A stretch of 64,000 bases of DNA from Opitutaceae bacterium (GCA_041649735.1 JBAZMN010000001.1:509-64508); one strand, 5' to 3'; positions 36,111-46,216 are shown, counted from the first letter of the stretch. Numbers and translations: made by a program. Notes: generated by a model not told the origin, from the letters alone.

Positions 36111-37277
36111 CTACGCCGTGGTGGCGTGACAGATTCCGCAGTTGCCGTTGTAGTCGCTGCGGAGTTGCGGAACTTGGATGGCCATCACCTTGAAGTTCAG
36201 TTGCATTCCGCCCTTGCTCTCCCACTGGACCGTGGTGATGTCCATGCCGTTGACGGCGCGGGCCACGTCGCTGGTCATCTGGACGAAGATCAGCGTGAAC
36301 GTGTCGGAGAGGAAATCGAGTTGGCGAACGTCTTGGATTCCCTCGATGGCCCGCAATCGCTGCCGCAGCGTTTGCGTCGGTGCCGTTGCGCCGGACGTGG
36401 ACAAGACGTAGTAGTCGTTGTCCAGGTACTGCGCCCAGTCTGGCGAATGGTAGACCATGAACGGTCCGTAGAACTTTTTGTCAGCCATCAACTTGATGAT
36501 TGCCAAAAAGTCGGTCACGGTCTTGTCCGGGTTGGCGCCGGTGGGCACCGTCACATCGGTTTTGATAACACGATCAGGGTGATTCGTGTATCCAAACACC
36601 GTCGGGGCGTTGCTGTAGTCGGACGCCTTGCCGTAAGTGACGCCGGTCTCGACGCCGATCAGCGTCTTTTCGATCATTTCGGCAACACGTCGGCCAGCGG
36701 CTTCGGCCATCGTGGTGTCCAGCGGCGTCCCGCTGTTCCGGCTCACCGCCATGCGGCGACTGGAAAACTGGAAGTCGCTATGAGTGATCGGCAGAGGCAG
36801 TCCCTCAAGCTGATACTTGGGGCTGTCGGTGCGGCCTTCGGTCAATCCGTCCATGTCCACCACGGCCTCGCCGGGGTCAGACATGGTTTCATGCTCCAGG
36901 ATCATCTTGGCCATGCCGTTGAACCCGCCAAACGTATTGGCGGCGGCCAAGTCGGACCACGCCTTTAGTCGCTGCCGTGCGGCTCGCAGGACCACCCGGT
37001 CAAGCTCGATCCATTCCTGCTTTCGCAGGCTGGTGGCATTGAAGACCGGGCTGAAAATGCCATTTTCCATGAGATTGGAAATCAGGCAGTTTTCGTAAAC
37101 CGGCGCATACATGCCGGTCTTTTCGTTGAACGCCATGCGTCCGGTGTTGACGGTCGCACACTTGCGACCATTGTCGTCAACGTAAGGCCGAAGCAGGCCG
37201 GGATCAAAGCGGCAGTTTCCCAACATTTGAGCAACGTCGCCGTGCCCTTGTCCGTTGAGGATGAAGTCCGTGAACAT
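36111..37277 (-). CDS. Major capsid protein (HK97-fold, encapsulin/DUF2184-like)
   Basis: 388 aa, positioned after scaffold and decoration genes. ..SLRKQEWIELDRVVLRAARQRLKAWSDL.. resembles encapsulin-like capsid N-terminal regions. Confidence 0.8.
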   Translation of the reverse strand: MFTDFILNGQGHGDVAQMLGNCRFDPGLLRPYVDDNGRKCATVNTGRMAFNEKTGMYAPVYENCLISNLMENGIFSPVFNATSLRKQEWIELDRVVLRAARQRLKAWSDLAAANTFGGFNGMAKMILEHETMSDPGEAVVDMDGLTEGRTDSPKYQLEGLPLPITHSDFQFSSRRMAVSRNSGTPLDTTMAEAAGRRVAEMIEKTLIGVETGVTYGKASDYSNAPTVFGYTNHPDRVIKTDVTVPTGANPDKTVTDFLAIIKLMADKKFYGPFMVYHSPDWAQYLDNDYYVLSTSGATAPTQTLRQRLRAIEGIQDVRQLDFLSDTFTLIFVQMTSDVARAVNGMDITTVQWESKGGMQLNFKVMAIQVPQLRSDYNGNCGICHATTA

Positions 37278-37345
37278 TGTGTATTCTCCTGTGTGTTTTG
37301 CGTAGTGCGGACGTTTGTGTCGCCCGATGGATGGTGTTGCCCGGC

Positions 37346-37828
37346 TTAGTGGCCGGTGTACATGCAGTGAACGAGCGAACCAGCCGCCACCAAGTCGGCA
37401 ACGGCCTCCAACGCGATGAACGGTTCGCTTTCCGGCGTGCTGGCCGTGGCAATCAGGATGCCATCGCCATCGTTGACGATCAGCAAGGCGCCGATGGCCA
37501 GTGCATCGCCCGTGCCCGTGCCCGCAGCGGCCACAAGCATGTTCAACTCTTCACCAGCAATCGGACAGTAGAGGAAGCAGCGGTCGCCATCGACATAGGC
37601 GTCCGTCGCAGTTTTTCCCTGCAAGTTGTCGGGAAGCAAGACGGCGATCAGTCGTTGATTGCCGTCGGCATCGGCGTTGAACACTTCCCACGTGTGCCGC
37701 CCGCCAACCGCCGCCGTCGCTGCCTTGATTTGCATGACGGTTCCCGGCTTCGGCGTCCCACTCACAATCCCCTCAAGGTACACGCCCTTCGGGTTTGCGC
37801 TCAGAACGATTTCGTTTCCTTTGGCCAT
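37346..37828 (-). CDS. Head decoration / DUF2190-like structural protein
   Basis: 160 aa, between scaffold and capsid. Gly/Ala-rich beta-type sequence. Confidence 0.5.
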   Translation of the reverse strand: MAKGNEIVLSANPKGVYLEGIVSGTPKPGTVMQIKAATAAVGGRHTWEVFNADADGNQRLIAVLLPDNLQGKTATDAYVDGDRCFLYCPIAGEELNMLVAAAGTGTGDALAIGALLIVNDGDGILIATASTPESEPFIALEAVADLVAAGSLVHCMYTGH

Positions 37829-37889
37829 TGGATTATCTCCGAACAGAATTTTGTTTGATGGTTTGTGAACGAAAGAAGCGGCCCGTCAA

Positions 37890-39272
37890 TCAGGCCCGCT
37901 TTTCATTGCTCCAGTCGATGGTCGGAAGCGGAAGGATGTCTCCGGCGTTCACCGTCGCTTGGTTGCGCGTTTGCGGTGCCGCCATGCCGGTGTAGAGCGG
38001 CAGCGGATCGGCCTGCTGATTGGCGACCGGCGCCAACGCCAACAGGTCTCGCAGTTCGTCCAGCGGCTTGTCCTTCAGCCGGTTGACGATCACTTCCTTG
38101 CGTTCGGCAGCGACGTTGGCCGTCAGACGTTCGATCAACGCGGAACGCTCCCGCTGTTCGATGGCCTTGGCGTTGGTGATCGCCGAGCGAATGCTGGCCG
38201 GAGCCTGCTTCATCCAGTCCTCTTCGGACATCTCGTTGCACGTCGCCTTGCCCTTGCCTGTGTCTTCTTCGTCTTCCTTACCGGCCTTCTTTTTGTCGAG
38301 GGCCTCTTGCAGGGCCGCCGGCATGGCGTTGATGGTGACGGTTTCGGGAATGCCAAACCCCTTGCGGGCCGCGTTGACAACGGCGTCACGCTCGGCAATC
38401 TTCGCCTTTTGCTCCGTGATCGTCTTGGCGTTGGCCTGCAATTTGGTCAACGCTTCGTCGCCGAGGTTGGTCAGCAATTCGCGGTCGGTTTCCTTCCATC
38501 CGCAATCGCCGCAGTTGGCAATCAGGTTATCCACGATCGCCTTTTTCTGGTCAACGGTAAGTGCCATTGTGTGGCCTCCTCGATTCGTATTGTTCGTCGG
38601 CTGGCCGCCATCCGGCCCGCCCTGGTTACTTGTTTGGTCACTGGCAATGCCAAGCATGTTGCCGAGCATTTGCCACAAAGAGCGTTTGGTTGCGTCCGTC
38701 GCGTTGTCGGAATTTACCAACACGCCGCACCCGTCGCGGATGCTGCACGCCCCAACTTGGTCCGGCAGAATCGCCAAGTGGTCCGGCCGATAGTTGCGAG
38801 CGATGAACTGATACGGCTTGCCGTTGTGGACCGCGCCTTCCGGGGCCGCTTCATTATCCGTAAACAGGCCCGTACTCAGTTCGATCGGCTTGCCCGCTTC
38901 GAGATTGGCGAGGATTCGCGGCTCGACCTTACGCACAAGGTCGATGTCAATCCAGCCTTCGCTAACGAGCTTGTCTTTGTATTGCGTGTTGAATACAAAG
39001 CCGATGCCGAACTTGTTCAACACGGCGGGATTGCGGGCGCTGATTGCCGAGCCGTCGCCCGCCGTGGGATGGTTCACCACGATGGGCATGATGTTCCATG
39101 CGTCGGCGTTGCGACTGATTTCCTCGGGCGGATAGTACAACGCACCCTTGGAGCCGTTCAACACGCCCGGCACGATCGTCGTCAGCGGGACAACGAGAAA
39201 CTCGCGGCCGTGCATCGTGTCGCGGCGAACTTTGCCCGTAGCATTGGAAACAATTCGTTCCATGCCGGACAT
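37890..39272 (-). CDS. Scaffold / prohead-core protein (DUF2213-like N-terminus, coiled-coil C-terminus)
   Basis: HGREFLVVPLTTIVPGVLNGSKGALYYPPEEI..IMPIVVNHP pattern. Lys/Glu-rich coiled-coil C-terminal half. Confidence 0.6.
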   Translation of the reverse strand: MSGMERIVSNATGKVRRDTMHGREFLVVPLTTIVPGVLNGSKGALYYPPEEISRNADAWNIMPIVVNHPTAGDGSAISARNPAVLNKFGIGFVFNTQYKDKLVSEGWIDIDLVRKVEPRILANLEAGKPIELSTGLFTDNEAAPEGAVHNGKPYQFIARNYRPDHLAILPDQVGACSIRDGCGVLVNSDNATDATKRSLWQMLGNMLGIASDQTSNQGGPDGGQPTNNTNRGGHTMALTVDQKKAIVDNLIANCGDCGWKETDRELLTNLGDEALTKLQANAKTITEQKAKIAERDAVVNAARKGFGIPETVTINAMPAALQEALDKKKAGKEDEEDTGKGKATCNEMSEEDWMKQAPASIRSAITNAKAIEQRERSALIERLTANVAAERKEVIVNRLKDKPLDELRDLLALAPVANQQADPLPLYTGMAAPQTRNQATVNAGDILPLPTIDWSNEKRA

Positions 39273-39342
39273 TGTGCCAACTCAATACGCGAGTTGTAAA
39301 GAAGAAACCGGGCAGGACTAACCCTATAGGCGAAGGCAAATA

Positions 39343-39366
39343 AAACCGTAGAAATTTCTACGGTTT
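39343..39366 (-). terminator. Intrinsic terminator (perfect palindrome AAACCGTAGAAATTTCTACGGTTT)
   Basis: On the minus strand the stem is followed by TTTTATTT. Located between the wHTH gene and the scaffold gene. Confidence 0.65.
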
Positions 39367-39369
39367 GCG

Positions 39370-39630
39370 TTACTCGACAGCCGCCGCTAGCAACCGCACG
39401 TGCCGATAGCAGAGCTTCCTTTTCGTGCCGCACGCCTGAGAGAACTCACAGATTACGTCTTCGCCGATCAGTCGCAGCACCTTCCTGATTCCCGTCAGGT
39501 GCCAGCGGACGGCGCTTTCCCCGCTCAGTTCGTCCGGCAGGCAAGCGTGAAGCTCGCACAGAAGATGGGGGCGGCCATCCGACAAGATTTTCAGAATGGC
39601 CCGCTGTGTTGCGGTGAATCGTTCTTCCAT
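39370..39630 (-). CDS. Stand-alone OmpR/PhoB-type winged-helix (Trans_reg_C-like) protein
   Basis: FTATQRAILKILSDGRPHLLCELHACL....AVRWHLTGIRKVLRLIGEDVI matches the winged-helix effector-domain pattern. No receiver domain is present. Confidence 0.55.
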   Translation of the reverse strand: MEERFTATQRAILKILSDGRPHLLCELHACLPDELSGESAVRWHLTGIRKVLRLIGEDVICEFSQACGTKRKLCYRHVRLLAAAVE

Positions 39631-39644
39631 GATTGCGTTCGACG

Positions 39645-40760
39645 TTATTTCGCGTCGAGTATGCTTTCGGGACGATCGTCGTCGATCGTTACTCCTGCCC
39701 CACTCCAATTACTCCGGTCCCGCTGTTCGGCCAGTGTTCGCTTGGCCGGTGCCCTCGCCATCAGGCTTTCCTTGATTGATTCCCTGATGTCGCGTGGCTC
39801 GCGCGTTTGCCCCTTCTTCGGTTCCCCTACGTTCGCGGGGGTCCATGCGCAGCGGCAGCGCGGGTGCCTTGGCAACATGCCTCGGGCCTCTTCTATGGTC
39901 AATACGACGGTTTCCAGCGATGAACATTCCTCGCATACTTTTTCATCACCAGCCGTCAGCCACTCGACCATGACACCCACTTCCTCGACCCCCATTTCTT
40001 CCAGGGCGTCAAGCTGGCCCTCGGCGTGGCAACGAATGATTTCCGTGCGGGCGATAACGTCGGCCCGCGTGCGGTCGATGCCGTCAACCACCTTGGCGAT
40101 GGTCCGGCCGATGTCGCGTGGACTCTGCCCTTGTACCAGCCCGTCGGCCAGCGTGCGGGTGAGCTTCGTTGACATGCTCTCCGTCACGCCCTTCAGTTCC
40201 GTGAAGACGCGGCCAGCCAGCAGCTTGACTTTCTCGACAGCCACCGGGCGGGCAAAACTACTCCGCAAAAACTCTTCTTTCGTGCCACGATAGAAGCCCC
40301 GCGTGCTGTCATCCTCGGCGTATCCCTTCGCGTAGGGCTTGCGAGCGTCATCGAAGGCCCGACCGGCCCCCTTCGCGTATCCGTCTTGCACGTACCGCAC
40401 AAACCATTGATCGGACAAATCGGCAATTCGATCCTCGATGATGTCGAGGGCGATTTGCGACCTCAGCCACTTGCGGAATGCCTCGACCTTCTTAAACGAC
40501 GAATCGGGATCGAACAGGCCCGCGTTATCGGTCACGTTGAACGCCAATCGCGGCCCGATCCCCAACGCATCATCCTCAACGATCAACTTTAGCATCGCAC
40601 GCTTCAGCCGCGTGAACCGCCGGTTCAATTCGGCGGTGAACTGCCGCCGGATCGTTCCGGTTCGCGTCGGATCGACCCGCAGCGGGTTCGGCTTGCGGGC
40701 GTTGCGAACGGTCGAATTGTGGCAAAGACAGCTTGGCATGGTGTCGATTCCTTGCGTCAC
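39645..40760 (-). CDS. Head morphogenesis protein, SPP1 gp7 / Mu F family
   Basis: IARTEIIRCHAEGQ..WLTAGDEKVCEECSSL..PRHPRCRCAW signature. Confidence 0.85.
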   Translation of the reverse strand: MTQGIDTMPSCLCHNSTVRNARKPNPLRVDPTRTGTIRRQFTAELNRRFTRLKRAMLKLIVEDDALGIGPRLAFNVTDNAGLFDPDSSFKKVEAFRKWLRSQIALDIIEDRIADLSDQWFVRYVQDGYAKGAGRAFDDARKPYAKGYAEDDSTRGFYRGTKEEFLRSSFARPVAVEKVKLLAGRVFTELKGVTESMSTKLTRTLADGLVQGQSPRDIGRTIAKVVDGIDRTRADVIARTEIIRCHAEGQLDALEEMGVEEVGVMVEWLTAGDEKVCEECSSLETVVLTIEEARGMLPRHPRCRCAWTPANVGEPKKGQTREPRDIRESIKESLMARAPAKRTLAEQRDRSNWSGAGVTIDDDRPESILDAK

Positions 40761-42295
40761 GGCGTTGTTGGCGGTTGCGGGGTTCCGTCACCATCCACGG
40801 CTGGCGGCAGCGGATCTGCGTTGGCGTCGGTCCCGCCGCCCGTCAGTGCATCGTGAATATCGCCGGCGTCTTTGTCTTCCTTCCGCAGCATGTCGAGCGT
40901 GGACTCCAAAATCTGCCGTGCCTCGGTATCGGGAATACCCAGTATCCTGGTCAGGAAGTAGAGCGGCGTAATCAGCGACTCGACGCCACCCTGTACGTAC
41001 TTGACCAGAGCGTCCGTTCTGGATACCGCCACCGTGGCCTGCTCTTGCAGCGTCAGGCGTTCGGTGTCCGACCACACGACGGAATACTGGTCCGGCGCTG
41101 GAAGCACCCCGAGCGATATCAGTCGGTCCACCAGCGGGACGATCAGCCGTGACGTGAGATAGCGATTACGCCGCGACTGGAGCCGGTCACTCCACGCCTG
41201 AGCGTCTTGCGTGCTGGCCAGTTCGCCCCGTTCGCTACCCAAAAATATTCGCTTGGGGACGCCCCGATTGATGCAAATGGCGTCGAGGTGGACATTGATC
41301 TGCGGCGTTGGGTCAACCACCGTAGGGGACAGCGTTTTGGCCGTCATTCCCATCAGCGACAAGTATCGCTGCAAGCCGTTCATGTAGTTTTCCATCGTGT
41401 CTTGCAACGCACTCTGGTCGATGGCCACGTCGCCGCCTAACTGCGGGTGCGTTTCCAAGCTGACGCCGGGGAAGGCACCACGCCAGTACATTTCGGCCGA
41501 CCCACCGTAGAGCTTGCGTAGGTCCATGAGCCGATTGAACACCGGCCGCATCCTCGGCACGCCGAAAATCTCACTGCTGCCAAGGTCGCCAGCCACGTGA
41601 ATCACTCGGGTCCAGTGAACATTCACAGTGGCGGTTTGCGCTCCGATGCCGCCCTTGTTGCCGTCGGACGGATCGGACAGGGACACCTGATACATCGTCG
41701 GCTGGCCGTACCGTGGGCTGTTTTTGTCGGTCTCGTAACTGAGAATCGGTGCCATCGCTTCGTCGAACGGCCGCAAGTACAGTAGCTTGCGAGTTGGCGA
41801 TTGCTTTTCGCCCAGTTCTGCCGGTTGGTCGAGTGGCTTCCCATCGTCGATCCCCATCAACAAGATGCCGTAGCTGCCGATCCCGCTCAGTTCGTCGAGA
41901 CGACATAGGTAATCCCACAACGGGTTCTGCTCGCCCTCCGCCTGATACCAACTCTTGCCCCGCAGCGAATTGCACACTGCATCGAATGTCTGCTCGAATG
42001 GCGTTTCTGTATCGACATCCTCATCCTCATAGACTTCCGGCAGCACCTTCCACGATTCGTGGGGCATGATGGCGACCACCTGGGCCGCAACCGGGTCGCG
42101 GTCGTACCAGTCGCGGTACTGTTGCGGCGTGATGTTGGCCGTGTCAGGGTAGCCGCACTCTTGATCGTAGTCGCGTCGCGGGTCGATCAGCTTTTGCAGC
42201 AGTTGCGACCGCGACGAAGAGGCGTTGTCAACAATCTCGCGGAACTGATTCAGTGCGATGGGGTCGGTAAACGCGAAGCCGCCAGTCGTTGCCAT
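40757..42295 (-). CDS. Portal protein (DUF1073-like)
   Basis: 512 aa, between TerL and MuF. ATGA-coupled to MuF. Confidence 0.75.
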   Translation of the reverse strand: MATTGGFAFTDPIALNQFREIVDNASSSRSQLLQKLIDPRRDYDQECGYPDTANITPQQYRDWYDRDPVAAQVVAIMPHESWKVLPEVYEDEDVDTETPFEQTFDAVCNSLRGKSWYQAEGEQNPLWDYLCRLDELSGIGSYGILLMGIDDGKPLDQPAELGEKQSPTRKLLYLRPFDEAMAPILSYETDKNSPRYGQPTMYQVSLSDPSDGNKGGIGAQTATVNVHWTRVIHVAGDLGSSEIFGVPRMRPVFNRLMDLRKLYGGSAEMYWRGAFPGVSLETHPQLGGDVAIDQSALQDTMENYMNGLQRYLSLMGMTAKTLSPTVVDPTPQINVHLDAICINRGVPKRIFLGSERGELASTQDAQAWSDRLQSRRNRYLTSRLIVPLVDRLISLGVLPAPDQYSVVWSDTERLTLQEQATVAVSRTDALVKYVQGGVESLITPLYFLTRILGIPDTEARQILESTLDMLRKEDKDAGDIHDALTGGGTDANADPLPPAVDGDGTPQPPTTP

Positions 42296-42298
42296 GAT

Positions 42299-42793
42299 CT
42301 ATTCTCCCTTGTGTATGGTTGGTGGCGTTTCGGACAATTCCGTCAACGCCGATTCGCAATCGTGTAATTCCTGCCGAAAAAGTTCTACTTGCTGAGTCAA
42401 GGTATCTAGGTCGATGTCAGTCGAAACCGTGTGGGCCATGCCCGCTTCGTCCGATTGCCGAAATGCCTGCTGTAGCGGCAGGCTCTTGGCGTCCTGCCAT
42501 CGTTGTAGGCCGGTCAATCGCCGTTCGGCATACAGTAGTCGCTGCCGTGCGTTTTCGTGGCGGATCGACCAATATGCGTGCTTCCGTGTGGCCAGTTCGC
42601 TTGGCGACTCTGCCGGCGGCCACTCGGGTCCGGCGTAGTCGGTCGCACTGTATTGCCAGCCATCGCTAAACAGCAGCCGCCCGGCGTGCATTACCGGCTC
42701 GCCGTGTGCTTGGCAGAATCGCAGAAAATACGCCCGCCAGTCGAGGCGAATCTTGATCGTGCCGTCGTTGGCGTTGTGGATTGCCACTAACAC
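42299..42793 (-). CDS. Hypothetical protein between terminase and portal
   Basis: ORF with a GTG start overlapping the TerL stop. Confidence 0.5.
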   Translation of the reverse strand: MLVAIHNANDGTIKIRLDWRAYFLRFCQAHGEPVMHAGRLLFSDGWQYSATDYAGPEWPPAESPSELATRKHAYWSIRHENARQRLLYAERRLTGLQRWQDAKSLPLQQAFRQSDEAGMAHTVSTDIDLDTLTQQVELFRQELHDCESALTELSETPPTIHKGE

Positions 42794-44364
42794 ACCCCTG
42801 CCGTCGCTTGGTGACGTTTTCGCGTGCGATGGAATTCGGCCATTGCCACGGAATCGGCTTCGTCCGGGCTACAGCCGATCAGTTCCGTCAGAGACTTTTC
42901 GTTGCTGTCTGGATTGTTTTTGTACTTCGGCAGCAATCGCATCCTACCCTCGCTGTCGTAGGTCAACGGTATCGGCGATAACTGTTCCCGCAACGACGCC
43001 TTGCTGTCCAGGCGCCGACGATTCAGCAGACCAGCAGGCAGTGCGAAACTGCCAACCAGCCTACCGTTTTGATCGACGGTTTTCAATCGCAGTCGCAGCA
43101 CGCCATACATCTCGGCCCGCCTGTTTTTGTAGACGTACCGAACCTCGGCATCTTCCTTGCGACTGGCGAGTGGCTTGACACCATGACGGATTTCCGGCGT
43201 GGCCGACTCGCCGAAGGCCACGGTCGCCACCTTGTAGCCCATCAGTCGCAACCGGTCGGCATGTTGCTTGCCGCCGCCGCCGATGTCGAACAGTATGTTT
43301 TCCGGCATGAGGTGGTATTCACGCATCAATGCTAGCGTCCGGCCGACAATTTCCGTGGTGTCGGGCGTTTTCTTCGATTCCAGGTGCAATAGGCCGCGTT
43401 CGTCCACAATGGCCCATGCCGTGTTGTCGCCGCCTTGTGCCGAATCGACCGCCATCGACGCGCCCCGCGTCCTGGTCGGCAGCGTGGCCGCATAGGCTTC
43501 GGCCGCGTCTAGCCACGCCGGCGGGAACATGAGCAATTCCGCACCCTCATAGAATCTCGCGTCGAGACATACGCACTGCTGGATTTCGTCCCACTGACTG
43601 CGGTTTTTCAGGTAGTCGGGGTACGACTTCACGCCCGGAACGACAATCTCGTTGGTTACTGGCACGCCCGCCTTGACCTGATTCATGGCCAGCCGCACGT
43701 TCGGCGAATCCTCGGCACGAATACGAATCACGCGGCGGTAGCATCGCGTCCCATCCTCGGAAAACTTGTCGCCGCCCTTCACGCCGCGATGGAAGAAGTT
43801 GCGGCACGGCCACGTATTGCCGATAATCAAGGCCCGGTTGAACCAGGTCGAGGCCATCGTATAGTAGGAATCGGACACGCTGCTGGATTCGTCGCACACA
43901 AACAGCGTGCGGGGAACGCCGTCGCCCGTGTTGGCAATATGGTGCCCCTGCATGGCCGCAATGCTGTCGCGGCTCGCCACCAGGCCCGTGACGTAGCTGA
44001 GCGGACACTGCTGTCCCGCCCGTATCTTGCGAAGATCGTGATGGTTGACCACCAGCGGCCCGCCCGATTTGGCGTCGAGCGGGTACTTCGCCTTCTGAAT
44101 GAAGTGGCCGATTTCGCCCCACAACACGCGAAGATGGTCATCTTTTGCACTGGTGGTTACGATTCGGCACGGGTGGCGAGTGAGAAAGAAGCAAAGCACG
44201 ATGAACGCGGCCACGAAATCCTTGCCGAGCATGTTACCGGCCGGCACTACGGTTTCATCGTCGTTCCACACAGATTCGATGATTTGCCGCTGCTCACGGT
44301 AGAACGTGACATCCGGCCAAAGCCACTGCTTGAACGCCAGCGGGTTGACGATTCTCTTCGTCAT
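42787..44364 (-). CDS. terL: Terminase large subunit
   Basis: PAGNMLGKDF (Walker A-like) and LFVCDESS (Walker B-like). 525 aa, follows TerS with an ATGA overlap. Confidence 0.85.
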   Translation of the reverse strand: MTKRIVNPLAFKQWLWPDVTFYREQRQIIESVWNDDETVVPAGNMLGKDFVAAFIVLCFFLTRHPCRIVTTSAKDDHLRVLWGEIGHFIQKAKYPLDAKSGGPLVVNHHDLRKIRAGQQCPLSYVTGLVASRDSIAAMQGHHIANTGDGVPRTLFVCDESSSVSDSYYTMASTWFNRALIIGNTWPCRNFFHRGVKGGDKFSEDGTRCYRRVIRIRAEDSPNVRLAMNQVKAGVPVTNEIVVPGVKSYPDYLKNRSQWDEIQQCVCLDARFYEGAELLMFPPAWLDAAEAYAATLPTRTRGASMAVDSAQGGDNTAWAIVDERGLLHLESKKTPDTTEIVGRTLALMREYHLMPENILFDIGGGGKQHADRLRLMGYKVATVAFGESATPEIRHGVKPLASRKEDAEVRYVYKNRRAEMYGVLRLRLKTVDQNGRLVGSFALPAGLLNRRRLDSKASLREQLSPIPLTYDSEGRMRLLPKYKNNPDSNEKSLTELIGCSPDEADSVAMAEFHRTRKRHQATAGVC

Positions 44365-44972
44365 AGTGCCTTTTCATCCCGCTCCATGAGCAGTGGGGCC
44401 ATTACCCGCTGTTCAACCACGTCCACGTCAATCGGCTGTTCGCAGAGCTTATCCCACGGCGATACTTCCACCCGGACGCTGCTCTTGTCGGGTGCGAACA
44501 GACCCTTGTGCTTCATGGCCATGTCAATGGCGGCTGCCTTCGGACTGAGCTTTAACTGCGTCGTAATCGTTCGCTCGCCAGTCTCGGGATCAACCGTTAC
44601 CGTCTGCTTAAAGCCGTCAACGGCCGCCCGGGCACGGTCGGGGAGCTTATTGATTGGCAGCAATTCGCCCGTATCGTCCACAAACTCCAGCACGTCGCGG
44701 GTGGCAACGTAGTAGAGCTGCTTCAGCACCTCCCGGCGTGACAGTCTAAGTACCCGCACATCGCCCCGCTGGAGGATTTCCATATACTCACGGAGTAGCG
44801 GAATCTTGAGCAAATTGGTCGCGTGCGTGCTGGCGCTACGCGCACTGTAGCCGGCCCGAATGGCGGCTTGCATACCGTTGAAATCAATCAGGTACTCAGC
44901 CGCGAATCGCTTCTGGCGTTCGTTGAGCCGGTTCTCGGCACGCATCAGCTTTTTGGTTCTCTTTTTGGCCAT
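44361..44972 (-). CDS. terS: Terminase small subunit (Terminase_2 / P27-like)
   Basis: LNERQKRFAAEYLIDFNGMQAAIRAGYSARSASTHATNLLKIPLLREYM pattern. Confidence 0.85.
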   Translation of the reverse strand: MAKKRTKKLMRAENRLNERQKRFAAEYLIDFNGMQAAIRAGYSARSASTHATNLLKIPLLREYMEILQRGDVRVLRLSRREVLKQLYYVATRDVLEFVDDTGELLPINKLPDRARAAVDGFKQTVTVDPETGERTITTQLKLSPKAAAIDMAMKHKGLFAPDKSSVRVEVSPWDKLCEQPIDVDVVEQRVMAPLLMERDEKAL

Positions 44973-45032
44973 AACCGCTTATGGGCTTGCGACAATCAAG
45001 CCACATTATAGCAAATGGGGTACGTTGATTTC

Positions 45033-45209
45033 CTAGTTGTCGTTGTGCTTTCCGCTCCCAACATGGCAGAGCATATCGAACAGACATCCGCACTGTCTTT
45101 TCCACCGCCGCCTCTCGGCCCGGTCAATCAACCAGACCGGCAGCCAGAATGTCGTGGCTGTGAGTAAGCCGATGATGAAGCCAAGCGTAAACCATTGGTC
45201 AGGTGTCAT
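45033..45209 (-). CDS. Small TM protein (58 aa, below the track cutoff)
   Basis: Hand translation gives MTPDQWFTLGFIIGLLTATTFWLPVWLIDRAERRRWKRQCGCLFDMLCHVGSGKHNDN. ATGA-coupled to the upstream gene. Confidence 0.5.
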   Translation of the reverse strand: MTPDQWFTLGFIIGLLTATTFWLPVWLIDRAERRRWKRQCGCLFDMLCHVGSGKHNDN

Positions 45210-45472
45210 TGGCCTGTTTCTCCAGTCGCTAGTCTCTCCGTTTCGGCGTCGTAGGCTGCATCCTCGTCATAGTCAGTGCTACATGGTCCCTCTCCCGCTG
45301 GAAATCCCGGTGGGTGCCACGTTGCCGGGCGTTTACCTCGAAGCTGCCGAATCACCGTCTCACGCCTGTCGAGTTCGGCAAGCACAACTTTCTCTGCGCA
45401 GCAGACATCGCATTGGCAAAAAACGCTCTTACATTCATTCAGCAAAATCTCTTTCGCTTCGTCAATCGTCAT
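45206..45472 (-). CDS. Hypothetical early protein
   Basis: ORF in the coupled gene train. Confidence 0.55.
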   Translation of the reverse strand: MTIDEAKEILLNECKSVFCQCDVCCAEKVVLAELDRRETVIRQLRGKRPATWHPPGFPAGEGPCSTDYDEDAAYDAETERLATGETGQ

Positions 45473-45665
45473 TGGATTTTTCCTCTTCTTTAGCCCACGC
45501 CAATATCCGCAACTGCCAGTCGCCGAATACTTCCAGCCATTCGAGTGCCGTCAGTTCGCCGACCTTCTTTGTTGCCCGGTCCATTGCCTCGGTGATTTCC
45601 ATCCTGGCGAACAGTATCCTCTTGCGGCTCTCCATTTCGGCGTTGGTGATTGTGCGTTTGCTCAT
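45462..45665 (-). CDS. Hypothetical early protein
   Basis: ORF in the coupled gene train. Confidence 0.55.
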   Translation of the reverse strand: MSKRTITNAEMESRKRILFARMEITEAMDRATKKVGELTALEWLEVFGDWQLRILAWAKEEEKSNDD

Positions 45666-45668
45666 TGT

Positions 45669-45905
45669 CTAATCCTCCGCTCTCACGTACCGCACGGTGC
45701 CGATGCAGCCGATGCCCCTGAAACTCTCGGCTGAATCCCTAGTCATGTACATAGGCGCAAACCCGTTGTCGTAGAAGTTCACCCAGCCCTCTTTCGGCCA
45801 GACCGGCTTCTGCTCGGGCTTTGTCGGCCCCGCAATCTTGGCCTCCAGTTCGCGGACTTCCGCTTCCAGTTTTCCGATGCGGCAGTCGCAGGTACGATTC
45901 ATCAT
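45669..45905 (-). CDS. Hypothetical early protein
   Basis: ATG ATG at 45905/45902 after an AAAGGAAAAAG SD; the track start at 45953 is TTG. Confidence 0.5.
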   Translation of the reverse strand: MMNRTCDCRIGKLEAEVRELEAKIAGPTKPEQKPVWPKEGWVNFYDNGFAPMYMTRDSAESFRGIGCIGTVRYVRAED

Positions 45906-45940
45906 GGCTCTTTTTCCTTTCTTTGGGTTGTAATGAACAC

Positions 45941-46216
45941 TCACTCCGGCCAACTCACCACAACATTGCTGCCGACATGCTCGTCGGCGGAGCCGCGTGC
46001 GATGCGTATCACCAGGTAGTCGTAGCCATCGTCTAGGTTGTTTTTGCTGCCCGGCGGCAGTCCAAACGATGCGCCGACAAGTTTTCCAGTCTTAGCCCGC
46101 TGATCAAGCGATGCGAGTTTCGCCTCCAGTTCGCGGGCGCGGCACCAGGGGCAGCTATTGTTATTCGGACGGCAATCAAGCCAACGCCCGCCGCACTTTT
46201 CACAAACCAGGTTCAT
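45941..46216 (-). CDS. Zinc-ribbon hypothetical protein
   Basis: CEKCGG..CPWC motif. ATGA-coupled. Confidence 0.55.
   Translation of the reverse strand: MNLVCEKCGGRWLDCRPNNNSCPWCRARELEAKLASLDQRAKTGKLVGASFGLPPGSKNNLDDGYDYLVIRIARGSADEHVGSNVVVSWPE

Noticed and set aside
37959-39299. 446-aa plus-strand ORF; similar long plus-strand ORFs at 11095-11931, 32768-33859, 36096-36968, 43789-44712, 53613-54350 and 60881-61555
   Set aside because: These are shadow ORFs antisense to well-supported minus-strand genes in GC-rich DNA. They are Arg/Gly/His-rich, with no SD sequences and no motifs.
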